Shown here in pieces: positions 27,949 to 38,430 of a DNA stretch of 64,000 nucleotides (its first letter is position 1; each line of letters starts with the position of its first letter). This DNA comes from Candidatus Poribacteria bacterium (GTDB lineage: Bacteria; Poribacteria; WGA-4E; WGA-3G). The notes beneath the pieces are model-generated. The model was given only the letters and a program-made list of their open reading frames with translations. It was not told the origin of the DNA and did not search any database. Where the stretch lies: assembly GCA_965198235.1 (NCBI GenBank), contig OZ240248.1, positions 224,001 to 288,000 of the forward strand, in the 5' to 3' direction. The position numbers and the translations under genes are program-made.

Positions 27949-28773
27949 ATGAGACATGTATTTCTCCAACTTTTATTATTCGTTCTGATACTTATCACAG
28001 CAGGATACACTACAGCGGATCTCACTAAAGGGCTTGTTGTTTACTTCACGTTCGACAACGTCAAAGGCGAACGGATTCTCGATGAGTCCGGCAATGGGCT
28101 TGATGCCGAAGTTGTCAAAAACACCAAATTTGTCAAGGGCAAATACGGAAATGCTATCTCTATCACTACCGAGACCGAAGATTGTGTGAATATCCCATCC
28201 GCAGATGCTCTGGAAATCAGTGAGGAGATCACGATGATGGCATGGGTATATCACGAGGATTGGACGGGAAGTTCTTCCCAGTGGCTTGATAAAGGGACTC
28301 GTGGCAAAGCCCCCCATAGTGTATACGGTATGGCAGTCTTTGATGAGAAGGATCTTGGTGGTGCTGGAGGGCTCAAGGATGGCTCCGGTATTGAAATTGT
28401 ATTAGGGACAGGTGAAGTCCAGCAAATCCAGATAGTTGAGAATACAATGAAAAATAAAAAGTGGCATCACATTGTGGGTGTCTGTGAGCGTAGAGGTGTG
28501 AAAATCTATCTTGACGGAGAAATTATACTCCAACCTATAGACAGATTTAACATTAATTTCAAGGGCGTAAATGAAGAGGATTTGCGGATTGGCTGCGTGA
28601 AAAATAAGCCACAGTACGCGTTTGAAGATGGCTCCATCGATGAAGTCGCGATATGGTCTCGTGCCCTCAGTGAAGATGAAATCAGAAGGACAATGCGAGG
28701 CCCCTTGCTCTCGGTTTCTCCGAAGGATAAGGTCGCTACGACGTGGGGCAATATTAAGCGGAAGGCGTTTTAG
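27949..28773 (+). CDS. Secreted LamG-like jellyroll protein
   Basis: Signal peptide, LVVYFTFD, KWHHIVG, GSIDEVAIWSRAL, C-terminal KVATTWGNIK. Confidence 0.88.
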   Translation: MRHVFLQLLLFVLILITAGYTTADLTKGLVVYFTFDNVKGERILDESGNGLDAEVVKNTKFVKGKYGNAISITTETEDCVNIPSADALEISEEITMMAWVYHEDWTGSSSQWLDKGTRGKAPHSVYGMAVFDEKDLGGAGGLKDGSGIEIVLGTGEVQQIQIVENTMKNKKWHHIVGVCERRGVKIYLDGEIILQPIDRFNINFKGVNEEDLRIGCVKNKPQYAFEDGSIDEVAIWSRALSEDEIRRTMRGPLLSVSPKDKVATTWGNIKRKAF

Positions 28774-28821
28774 TTGTCTGAATCGCGGATTGACACGGAT
28801 TTCGTAGATTTCGCGGATTAA

Positions 28822-28966
28822 ATGACTTCGCTATAGTCTTCAGTGAGAGTGATATAAATGTCTCCAAGTGCGTCTCTGGTAACGTGAACTTGATTCATAG
28901 CACCTTGTATCTCACGGTGCAAGGCAAAACGATACCAATGTCCATTCAAACGGATTTTATACGTTT
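28822..28966 (-). pseudogene. tnpB: Internal fragment of a third tnpB copy
   Basis: TYKIRLNGHWYRFALHREIQG...VTRDALGDIYITLTEDYSEV matches both full TnpBs; no IS ends. Confidence 0.85.
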
Positions 28967-29217
28967 GGACGTTTCCACAGCGTTGTTCAATTAATTTCCT
29001 CACCCGGGGTCCCCACCCGTTACTCGGAAGGAGGACGGGGTGATATTGCTTCGCAGTGAGAATAGAGACGGTGTATTCAAGCAACTGCCAGCCGAAGAAA
29101 ATGCTATGTCTATAAATAGGTGGCAACTTGCGTAATAATAATAGAAGTAGAGTTTCACCATGTTACGAGGAATGTTCAAGACGACTCAACCTATTCATTA
29201 AATCATGGAGAATCCTG

Positions 29218-32115
29218 ATGGAAAAAGATGATGTTCAACTGATTCACAGCACTTTGTCGGGCGACGACGCGGCGTTCAGCACCTTGGTTCAGAAATACCA
29301 AAAAAGCGTTCATGCTTTGGTGTGGCGGAAGATTGGCGATTTCCACCACGCTGAAGAAATTACGCAAGACACCTTCCTCCGAGCATACAAGAAACTCTCA
29401 ACACTCAAGGATCCAAACCAGTTTGCCGGGTGGCTCTATGTCATCGCAAATCGGCTTTGCATTAACTGGATGCGAAAGAAAAAACCTGTAGTGCAATCAT
29501 TAGAGGGCACATCCGCGGGAGAAATAGAAAAATACTCCTATATCCATTACGTGTCGGAGCATCGCGAGACAGAAGCCGCAGAACGTCGCCGTGAAATCGT
29601 CAAAGAACTTCTCGCCAGGCTGCCAGAGAGCGAACGCACGGTCGTCACGCTCTACTACCTCGGCGAAATGAACGCGAAGGAAATTGGTAAATTCCTGGGT
29701 GTGTCCGTGAAGACGATTCACAGTCGACTGCACCGGGCACGAAAACGTTTACAAGAGAAAGAAGAACTCTTGGTTCAAGAGGTACTTGGGGGTGTCCAAT
29801 TACCCACGCACTTAATCGAGAACGTCATGCAGCAAGTCGCTGACCTGAAACCAATACCACCTCCTGTTGGGAAACCGCTGCTCCCGTGGGCGGCTTTTGG
29901 CGCGGCTACCGTCTTGGTTATACTGCTGCTGGGCATGAGCAATCAATATCTTGCCCGTTTTCAGAAGCCGTACAGTTTAGAGGCACAATCTGAGCCCACG
30001 ATTGAGATCATTGACGCGCCTGTTATGTTCAATGTTGATTCAAAGCCTGCTGTACGGAGTCAGGTCGGGCGTGCCGTTATTCCGGGCGAAAGCAGGGGTA
30101 TCAGTCAACAAATTACCCAGACGGTTTTAGCATCCAATACACTGAAAGATTCCACTAAGTTCGATAATTCGCGGTGGGCACGAACGAACGGCCCCGACGG
30201 TGGTAATGTGTTCGATATCTTTGTTGCAGCTGGAAGAACGCTCTACGCTGCTGCGCCGACGGGTATCTATAGACTGGCACCGGACGCAACCACATGGATG
30301 CGCATCAATATGAGTATACCAAGCGGACGGTTCCGGATGCCGATGGCAGAACATGCCGATACCCTCTATATTGTTTCCACCGATGAAATATTCGCTTCAA
30401 CGAATAACGGTGAAACGTGGAAGGTCTTTTGCTCCCGACCAGAGGGACATGCCGTTGGGCTTATCGTCATAAATGAAACAGATGAGCATAACTCACAACC
30501 ACGTCCTGTAATGTATCTCGCCCTTCAAACGAAAGGCGTTTTCCGATCCACAGATGCTGACGGACAGTGGAATCTCTTGGAGAATGGACTCGCAGACGAC
30601 AATGTTTATGCAGCAACTGCGGTTAAAAACACGATATTTGCTGGCACAAACAAGGGGCTTTACCGCCTCAATTCAGATGTGTGGGAGCGATTGCCGGTTC
30701 ATCCGTCCCAACAAGCCATCCTGTCTCTAACCGTTTTTGAAAATAATCTCTATGTTGTAACGGGACCTGAGCCATCAAGATGGAAGTTTAAGTCTCTCGA
30801 ATTAAGCGAAAATATTGCAGTACAGATACACATCACGGACAGTCCAAGTTTAGAGAGGGTTTTCCACTCGATTGACTTGGGAGCATCGTGGACTGAAATA
30901 ACGCACGGAAAAGAGTCTCCTCTTAGGAGTACAGCACTTGGTGCGGTAGTTCTGACGAACACTGGCGAAACGTTTTTACCACAAGGGGTTGTAACGGCAG
31001 ACAAGAATACTTTTTACACGGGCGGTTCATTTGGTATTCATCGCACAACTGATGGAGGCAAATTATGGCACCCATTTATGAATGGAATCATGGAAACGAC
31101 AATACAGGATCTTGTCGCAATTAACGATAGACTTTATGCACGGACCGATAGGGGACTCGTTCAGTCAGTTGACGGGGGTGAGGTGTGGGAAACCGTTGGA
31201 ATTGATTCCGATAAGCACATACTTGAAGGGATGGAAGAAGAGTTTTCGCCGCTTCATTTTTCTCTCGCTTCACAGTTAGAAACTACTGGAGACGTTCTTT
31301 ATGGAATTGCCCCCGGAAAAGACAGTCTACGCCTTTTTCAATTATCTGTAGGTGACAACACACTTGTCCCGGTTCAAAGGGGACCCACTTTTGAACGGGA
31401 ATTCTCGTCTATGGAGTTGGAGGCATGGACAGAAGAGATCAAACAGGGGCGTTTGTCAGATAATAGTGAAGAAAACGAGAACTTTCCAGCAGTAGTAGCG
31501 TCCTTAGTTACCGACTATAGCGGAATTGGCGGGTTCGCAGTCAGTGGACAGACGTTCTACGCCGAATGGAAACACCGGCTCTTCAGGTGGAAACCCGGCG
31601 ACTCGGAATGGATAGACACGGGATTCGTAGACACCGATAGCACGCTTGATTATGAAATTGGTACCAGTTTTGAATTAGCCGCCTCGGAGGAAACCGTCTA
31701 TGTAGGTAAACGGGACGGTAAGTTGTTCCAATCACTTGATGAGGGCAACAGTTGGAAAGATGTCACACCGATCCTTCCGCTTCGCTTTACCCGTTTCAAG
31801 GAAATAATTTTTGCGGGGTCAACGGTTTATGTCGCAACTGATGAAGGTGTCTTGGCTTCACAAAACGGCGAACACTGGCGTGTGCTCACCGATGAAATGG
31901 GTGAGCGTCCCGTCATAGATAGATTCGCTGTCCATCACACCAACGTTTATGGTGCCGGTGATGCGGGGGTCTATCGTTTAGATGACCGTGGAAGATGGCA
32001 TCACATTTCTCCAAGCGTTCCAGATGAGGTTGGCTCTCTTGTCGTCAGCAACGACAAACTTTACATTGCCACCCGACACGGCAGGATGTTTCACATCCCC
32101 CTTGAAGAACAGTAG
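29218..32115 (+). CDS. ECF sigma factor - TM - BNR/Asp-box beta-propeller fusion
   Basis: Paralog of 22327-25386 with the same leader GGAG(G/A)ATCCTGATG. Confidence 0.88.
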   Translation: MEKDDVQLIHSTLSGDDAAFSTLVQKYQKSVHALVWRKIGDFHHAEEITQDTFLRAYKKLSTLKDPNQFAGWLYVIANRLCINWMRKKKPVVQSLEGTSAGEIEKYSYIHYVSEHRETEAAERRREIVKELLARLPESERTVVTLYYLGEMNAKEIGKFLGVSVKTIHSRLHRARKRLQEKEELLVQEVLGGVQLPTHLIENVMQQVADLKPIPPPVGKPLLPWAAFGAATVLVILLLGMSNQYLARFQKPYSLEAQSEPTIEIIDAPVMFNVDSKPAVRSQVGRAVIPGESRGISQQITQTVLASNTLKDSTKFDNSRWARTNGPDGGNVFDIFVAAGRTLYAAAPTGIYRLAPDATTWMRINMSIPSGRFRMPMAEHADTLYIVSTDEIFASTNNGETWKVFCSRPEGHAVGLIVINETDEHNSQPRPVMYLALQTKGVFRSTDADGQWNLLENGLADDNVYAATAVKNTIFAGTNKGLYRLNSDVWERLPVHPSQQAILSLTVFENNLYVVTGPEPSRWKFKSLELSENIAVQIHITDSPSLERVFHSIDLGASWTEITHGKESPLRSTALGAVVLTNTGETFLPQGVVTADKNTFYTGGSFGIHRTTDGGKLWHPFMNGIMETTIQDLVAINDRLYARTDRGLVQSVDGGEVWETVGIDSDKHILEGMEEEFSPLHFSLASQLETTGDVLYGIAPGKDSLRLFQLSVGDNTLVPVQRGPTFEREFSSMELEAWTEEIKQGRLSDNSEENENFPAVVASLVTDYSGIGGFAVSGQTFYAEWKHRLFRWKPGDSEWIDTGFVDTDSTLDYEIGTSFELAASEETVYVGKRDGKLFQSLDEGNSWKDVTPILPLRFTRFKEIIFAGSTVYVATDEGVLASQNGEHWRVLTDEMGERPVIDRFAVHHTNVYGAGDAGVYRLDDRGRWHHISPSVPDEVGSLVVSNDKLYIATRHGRMFHIPLEEQ

Positions 32116-32573
32116 TAGGCGCGGTTTCCGAATTCCCCTGATAAACTCTACATAGATATCGCCCCTCTGGGGCTGACCGCCCTTTTTGTAGGAGCGAGTT
32201 GTGCTCGCGATGTTCCAATAGGCGCAATTCACGCCAGTTTTACTCTGAATACTCTGAAAATTGCACACCTTTTCTCTCCCGTAGGTTGGGTTGAACGAGT
32301 AATGCTAAGACGCTAACGATTCAAAGAAAAATCACATCCTTCCGTCCGACTTTCATTCCAGAGATACCGAGTGAAACCCAACACCTGATAGCCAATTGTT
32401 GGGTTTCGCTACGCTCTATCCAACCTACGAAACGACTGACCGCTGACGAGTGTAAACAAATCCGATGCCCTTTTTTCTGCAAAAAATGTGAAGATGTGGT
32501 AAAATAGAGATACATTGTGGGTCCCAATACGACACGAAGGACGGTTTAGAATCATACCGCAAATACCGAAGTT

Positions 32574-33653
32574 ATGAAAATCACCGACGTTAAAACTTAC
32601 AACTTACGCTATCCACTCATTGAACCCTTCGCGAATTCACGCGGTTGGACGAACACGCGAACTGCCGTTGTTGTCGAAATTCGCACAGATGCCGGCATTA
32701 CCGGTTGGGGTGAAGGCGTAAGCGTTCCGTCCACCTCAGCTATTGAAGCGCATCTGATCGGACAGTCGCCTTTTGAAACGGAGCGGATTTGGGAGGCGAT
32801 GCGCGGCGATATCGGTGCGCTGAGCGGGATAGACATCGCACTCTGGGACATCATGGGCAAAGCCCTTGATATGCCGATCTATCAACTCCTCGGCGGCGCG
32901 TTCCGATTGAAGATTCCGGCTTACGCAAGCGGACTTTTCAAGAAAGACAAACCCAACATAACCCAAGCCTTGATGGATGAAGCGAAAGGCTACGTCGATG
33001 CAGGATTCCCCGCCGTCAAGATGAAAATCGGTTTCGGCGAGGCTTATGACGTGGAGAACGTTGCCGCGGTTCGGCGCGCCATCGGGGACGATACTCTCTT
33101 CGCCGTTGACGCAAATTGTGGATACGATGTCGGGACTGCGATTGATGTCGGGCAGAAACTTCTGGATTACGACCTTTTCTGGTATGAAGAACCGATTACG
33201 AGTGATGATGTAGCAGGTTATCGGGAAATCCGACACGCACTGAAGGTGAGAATCGCTGGCGGCGAGATGCTGAAAGGACGTTGGGCGTTCCGAGACCTAC
33301 TGCAGGAACGCGGGTTGGACATTGTGCAACCCGATATAAGCATCGCAGGCGGTTTCACGGAGTGCCGAAAAATCGCTGCCATGGCGAGTGCGAACTATGT
33401 TCGGGTGCTGCCCCACATGTGGGGCGGTAGCATCCGCCTCGCGGCGACGTTGCACTGGCAAGCCACGCTCCCGGATGCGCCACAAGCACTCCACCCGATC
33501 CCTTCGCTGTTGGAATTTGATATGACCGAGAACCGTCTCCGCACGGCGTTGGCACAGCAACCGATACATGCCGTTGATGGATACGTTAACGTTCCACAGG
33601 CACCCGGATTGGGCATCGACATCGACCGAGATGTATTAGAACAGTACGTATGA
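32574..33653 (+). CDS. Mandelate racemase/muconate lactonizing family enolase
   Basis: KMKIG, VDAN, WYEEP, GGE, QPD, PH motifs. Confidence 0.9.
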   Translation: MKITDVKTYNLRYPLIEPFANSRGWTNTRTAVVVEIRTDAGITGWGEGVSVPSTSAIEAHLIGQSPFETERIWEAMRGDIGALSGIDIALWDIMGKALDMPIYQLLGGAFRLKIPAYASGLFKKDKPNITQALMDEAKGYVDAGFPAVKMKIGFGEAYDVENVAAVRRAIGDDTLFAVDANCGYDVGTAIDVGQKLLDYDLFWYEEPITSDDVAGYREIRHALKVRIAGGEMLKGRWAFRDLLQERGLDIVQPDISIAGGFTECRKIAAMASANYVRVLPHMWGGSIRLAATLHWQATLPDAPQALHPIPSLLEFDMTENRLRTALAQQPIHAVDGYVNVPQAPGLGIDIDRDVLEQYV

Positions 33654-33936
33654 AGACACTATCTGCGAGGACACCGCACCTCCGCTGGTGAGATTTGATA
33701 ACGGTCAGAAGAATGGTTATCGGTTATCAGTTTTCAGTTAAGAGGTTTTTGTTAATTGGAAACCATCAGCATTGTCCCGCAAGCCTCTATAGGCTTGCGC
33801 CAATCAGCAATCCGTAAAGAGACTTCTGTTAAACGAAACCCTCTTTAAAATCCTGCTAAGATCGAAGAAGCACATAAATCCCGGTTCAGACTTCTGCCGA
33901 CAACCATTTTCCCTGACGGCTGACGGCTATAAAAAC

Positions 33937-34737
33937 ATGAGAAAACGTATCCTAATTGTATGCCTCTTACTTTTATCCGTATGTAGCGTGCTTTTCCTCT
34001 ACCACTTCCGCGTCGAAGCGGATTCTCGCACCCAGCAACCGACATCTAATGCCTCATTTTCGCATGAACTGTTTGATCAGGTTCTCCAAGAGCATGTCGA
34101 TGAAAAAGGACGGGTCAATTATACAAAACTGAAGGCGAACCCTAAAAAACTGGAAGCGTATCTGGATCTATTGGCTTTTGCGAATCCAGAGGAGTTGTCC
34201 TATAATGAACGGCTGACGTTCTGGATTAACACTTACAATGCCCTCGTCATTAAAGGTGTCGTCAACCACTACCCGACAACGAGTGTCCGAAAGGTCAAAC
34301 TCTTCAACGGTTTCTTCTCTCGGCTGAAGTTCCAAGTTGCGGGTAAGATGTATACACTCAATCAGATCGAACACGGCATTATCCGTACAGAGTTTGTAGA
34401 TCCGCGTGTTCACTTCGTCCTTGTATGTGCTTCAAGTAGCTGCCCGCCATTATGGAACCGTGCTTATGCTGTCGAAACGATTGAGGAGCGTCTTGAGACT
34501 GCAACGTTCAACTTTATTCGGAATCCCGAACAGGTGAGGATTGATCGTCCGGAACGCCGCGTCTACGTTTCAAAAATTTTCAAATGGTATGACGACGATT
34601 TTAAGGAGGGTTACGACGGCGCAGTGGATTTTCTCGCCGACTATCTACCACCTGAAGACGCAGAATTTTTGGAGTCAACTGATGTTAAACTGCACTATTT
34701 GGACTATGACTGGACACTGAACGATCAAAAACAATAA
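33937..34737 (+). CDS. DUF547 domain protein, exported
   Basis: FWINTYNAL, DPRVHF.LVCAS.SCP, SKIFKWY, YDWTLN. Confidence 0.88.
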   Translation: MRKRILIVCLLLLSVCSVLFLYHFRVEADSRTQQPTSNASFSHELFDQVLQEHVDEKGRVNYTKLKANPKKLEAYLDLLAFANPEELSYNERLTFWINTYNALVIKGVVNHYPTTSVRKVKLFNGFFSRLKFQVAGKMYTLNQIEHGIIRTEFVDPRVHFVLVCASSSCPPLWNRAYAVETIEERLETATFNFIRNPEQVRIDRPERRVYVSKIFKWYDDDFKEGYDGAVDFLADYLPPEDAEFLESTDVKLHYLDYDWTLNDQKQ

Positions 34738-34748
34738 AAGGGACGTAA

Positions 34749-35807
34749 ATGACCGCAAGGAACATTAGAAATATGGTGAATACAGCCGTTATTGGCTACG
34801 GATATGCTGGACGCGCTTTTCATACCTATCTCGTCGGTTTGGCAAATGGGCTGAACCTTTATGCGATTGCAACACGGGATGCCAAACGCCGTGAAGCGGC
34901 ACGCGCGGCATACCCAAACGCACAGATGTATCAAACGATTGACGAAGTCATCGCAGATGACGCTGTTGACCTCGTTGTATTAGCGACACCGCACGACACA
35001 CACGCCGAACTCTCCATCAAGGCGATGGACGCCGGCAAGCACGTCGTCACGGACAAAATCATGGCGATGAATACCGCCGAAGCGGACGCGATGATTGCGG
35101 CAAGTGAGCGAAACGATGTCCTGCTCAGCGTCTTTCATAATCGCCGATGGGATTGGGATTATAATACCGTCAGAAAGATCATCGACGACGGTCTGCTCGG
35201 AACGCCTTACCTCTTTCAGGTCGCGATCATGCGTTACGGACCGCCTCGCGGCTGGCGCGGCATCAAAAGTCAGAGTGGCGGCATCCTTTTCGATTGGCCC
35301 GCACACTTCGCGGATCAGGCACTACAACTCGTGACGGCACCCGTTGAATCTGTGTACTGTGACGTTCACTACGATTCGAGATGGGACATCGATATCGGCA
35401 ACTACGCCAACCTCATCATTAAGTTTGAGAACGATGTGCGGTATCAGATTGAGATTGGCAACCTCGCCAAAGCGGAGAAACCGCGTTGGTATATCGTTGG
35501 GGATTTGGGCGGATTAATCAAATACGGCTTGGACCCGCAGGAGGGACCGATGGTGGCGGGCAATATCGATGCCGCGCAGCAGGATCCCGAAAACTATGCC
35601 AAAGTCTGGACAGATGTAGGTGGTGAGAACAGAGAACTCGTCGTTGAAAGCATCCAAACGACATGGAAATCTTACTATCAGAACATTGCGGATGTGCTGA
35701 ACAAGGGTGAGGAATTGGTCGTTAAGCCTGCGGAGATTCGCAAAGTCATGCAGGTCTATGATGCGGCGATGCAGTCTGCCGAGACGAGAGAAACCGTGCG
35801 ATTGTAG
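34749..35807 (+). CDS. Gfo/Idh/MocA oxidoreductase
   Basis: IGYGYAG, AGKHVVTDK, VFHNRRWD, GGILFD...H. Confidence 0.9.
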   Translation: MTARNIRNMVNTAVIGYGYAGRAFHTYLVGLANGLNLYAIATRDAKRREAARAAYPNAQMYQTIDEVIADDAVDLVVLATPHDTHAELSIKAMDAGKHVVTDKIMAMNTAEADAMIAASERNDVLLSVFHNRRWDWDYNTVRKIIDDGLLGTPYLFQVAIMRYGPPRGWRGIKSQSGGILFDWPAHFADQALQLVTAPVESVYCDVHYDSRWDIDIGNYANLIIKFENDVRYQIEIGNLAKAEKPRWYIVGDLGGLIKYGLDPQEGPMVAGNIDAAQQDPENYAKVWTDVGGENRELVVESIQTTWKSYYQNIADVLNKGEELVVKPAEIRKVMQVYDAAMQSAETRETVRL

Positions 35808-35937
35808 ACGCGATTTTCTGATTTCTGCTCAACCCGACTTACCTGATAAATCGTTCAGATTATGGACAATAGCGTTCATTTTTTGACGCATTATCCTTAT
35901 GAATTCCGAGAATTCACGCGGAAACAGGCTTTTAGCG

Positions 35938-35954
35938 TTGGCATCGTATTTGCT
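35938..35954 (+). promoter_or_regulatory. Sigma54 (-24/-12) promoter
   Basis: TTGGCATCGTATTTGCT: GG-N10-GC, about 40 nt before ATG 35996. Confidence 0.65.
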
Positions 35955-35995
35955 ATTATTATATTAACAAACAACTTGTCGAAAGGGAGAGACAA

Positions 35996-37108
35996 ATGAA
36001 AATGAAAACGCAGTGTGGATTAATACTGGTGTTGCTCCTTATATTTACCGTTGTCCAGAGCGGTATAACGGATCAGCACGCCGCCGAGGCATCAGAATAT
36101 GATGAATTAAACCAGCAGGTCGTCGCGAGCATTGACCGAGGCTTGGAATGGCTGAAAGGGCAGCAAGCCGAAGATGGGCTATTCGCCAATCATCCGGGGA
36201 TAACGGCTCTCGCACTCACCGCTTTTTTGCGGCATCCACAGAACAAATACTCGGAGGCAGAACATCCGTTTATCCAAAAAGGACTTCAGCGGTTGGTCGG
36301 AATGCAACAGCCGAACGGCGCGATCTACGATATCGAGATGCAACCCGCGCTTCCGAATTACAATACCGCTATCTCGGTAATGGCACTTTCCTCAACCGGC
36401 AACTCGGAATACGCGTCGATTATTGAAAGGGCGCAAGGTTTCCTGAAAAGTTTACAGGTCACAGATGAGGAGAGCATCTATTACGGTGGAATCGGTTATG
36501 GAAGCCGTGAGACCGTGCATGACCTGTCCAACCTGAACTTCGCCATCCAAGCGTTGAAAGAGAGTGGTTCCGATGACCAAGAGGTGTGGAACAAAGCGAT
36601 TAAGTTTCTGGAACGCACACAGAATCGGAGTGAGAGCAACGATCAGTCGTGGGCGGGCAATGATGGCGGGTTTATCTATTCGCCTGACGGTGAAAGCAAA
36701 GCCGGCACGGATGCCGCTGGAAGCCCGCGCTCCTATGCCAGCATGACGTATGCCGGGCTGTTGAGTTTCATCTATGCCAATGTTGATAAAGACGATGAAC
36801 GCGTTCAGGTGGCTTTTGAGTGGATTAAGCAACATTTCACAACCGAAGAAAACTACGGCATGGGCGCACAGGGTCTATACTACAACTATCATACGATGGC
36901 GAAAGCATTGCGCCTTTACGGTGAACCCATTTTTACGGACGCGAAAGGTATCTCGCACGATTGGTACCGAGAACTCGCAGAAAAACTAATCGAGGTCCAG
37001 AAACCCGATGGATCCTGGGTAAATGACGAGAGTCGTTGGATGGAGGCACTTCCTGTATTGGCAACCAGTTATGCGGTTCTCTCTCTGGACACTGCCTATC
37101 CGAAATAG
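35996..37108 (+). CDS. Exported prenyltransferase/squalene-oxidase (QW) repeat protein
   Basis: Signal peptide; WL..QQ.EDG, QQPNG, DGGFIY, QKPDGSW repeats. Confidence 0.8.
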   Translation: MKMKTQCGLILVLLLIFTVVQSGITDQHAAEASEYDELNQQVVASIDRGLEWLKGQQAEDGLFANHPGITALALTAFLRHPQNKYSEAEHPFIQKGLQRLVGMQQPNGAIYDIEMQPALPNYNTAISVMALSSTGNSEYASIIERAQGFLKSLQVTDEESIYYGGIGYGSRETVHDLSNLNFAIQALKESGSDDQEVWNKAIKFLERTQNRSESNDQSWAGNDGGFIYSPDGESKAGTDAAGSPRSYASMTYAGLLSFIYANVDKDDERVQVAFEWIKQHFTTEENYGMGAQGLYYNYHTMAKALRLYGEPIFTDAKGISHDWYRELAEKLIEVQKPDGSWVNDESRWMEALPVLATSYAVLSLDTAYPK

Positions 37109-37335
37109 GTTTTTCTATTTTTAATTATGGGCATCTGGACTGCGCTCCAAATGTAAAGCAAAGACAAATTATGCCATTTAAGGAAACATAATTTCATTAC
37201 GCGCAGGTTCTTGATATGCGTAGGAGCGGGTTGTGCTCTTCAGCTCAGCAGCCTGCAACAACGGCGCAGGCGGATGCTGATCAAATACAGTCAAATTCCG
37301 AACCCCGTCGTTCTCCCGCAAGGTATAATTAAAAC

Positions 37336-38163
37336 ATGTATCAGTCAATCAAAGTCTCCGCAATTTCGCTGAAACCTACCAAATGGGATAAAGCCTCCAA
37401 CGCTGAGAAGCTGGAGGCTTTCTTCGTAGAAGCTGCCAAGGACGCTCCACAGCTGATTTTGGCGACCGAGGGTGTCTTGGAGGGCTATGTCGTGATGGAT
37501 GTCATTGAAGGCAGAGCCACACCAGAGGCGATGCTTGAAATCGCAGAGCCGCTTGACGGTACGCATATCCACCGATTCCGTCGGTTAGCACGGCAACTCA
37601 AAACCTGTCTCTGTTTCGGGTTCGCTGAACGGTGTGGGACTTCTTCTGTCTATAACTCCGCCGTGTTTATTGATGCCAATGGGGACATCTGCGGCACCTA
37701 TCACAAAACGCAGTTCGCCGAAGGGACGCATCCGGCGTGGAACTTCAATTGCATCGGCGAAACGATCCGGGCATTTGATACACCTTTCGGGCGCGCCGGC
37801 ATTTTAATCTGCAACGACAGGTGGAATCCGCTGATAGCGCGCACACTGGTTTTAGACGGCGCGCAGTTCCTCCTAATTCCCTCGTATGGTTCAAAGGGCA
37901 AAGCGCAGAACCGGACCGTGCTTGCCAGAGCACGTGAAAATGGTGTGCCGATTGTAGAAGCGAATGTCGGGATGAACCTCATCATCAGTAAAGGTGAAAT
38001 TGTCGCATACAAATGGGGCAACGACCAAATCAGTACAGCAGACATTGATATCCCAATTCTCCCTTCAACCGAGGCGGCGCGCCGTTCGGAACAGGCGTAC
38101 TTGCAGGCTCAAGCACCTGAGATGGAAACCCGCTATCGGAAGACTGTTACCCGTTTGGAATAA
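37336..38163 (+). CDS. Carbon-nitrogen hydrolase (nitrilase family)
   Basis: E-K-C triad: ATEG, YHK, ICND. Confidence 0.88.
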   Translation: MYQSIKVSAISLKPTKWDKASNAEKLEAFFVEAAKDAPQLILATEGVLEGYVVMDVIEGRATPEAMLEIAEPLDGTHIHRFRRLARQLKTCLCFGFAERCGTSSVYNSAVFIDANGDICGTYHKTQFAEGTHPAWNFNCIGETIRAFDTPFGRAGILICNDRWNPLIARTLVLDGAQFLLIPSYGSKGKAQNRTVLARARENGVPIVEANVGMNLIISKGEIVAYKWGNDQISTADIDIPILPSTEAARRSEQAYLQAQAPEMETRYRKTVTRLE

Positions 38164-38179
38164 CGTAGTGAAATCCCCT

Positions 38180-38203
38180 GTAGGAGCGATCTCCTCATCG
38201 CGA
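38180..38203 (+). repeat. GTAG-family REP (identical copy at 40737-40760; relatives at 32188, 38361, 25740)
   Basis: GTAGGAGCGATCTCCTCATCGCGA. Confidence 0.8.
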
Positions 38204-38430
38204 CTTCCCACTCATCCATCATCAAATCTGCAATAGCGTGATATATCGTGGCAAGTCTCTCTAAAACCTTAAGTCGAACTCATGTTGTATAAACCTATTT
38301 CCGATAATTGTGTCAAATACTTTATTGGTGTCTAAAAAGGATTTAGAGATCCAGTGAAGATCGCGAGCACAGCTCGCTCCTACAGGAAGAGGTGCCTCGT
38401 CCTATAGTCCAACACACCCTTATACAGATA

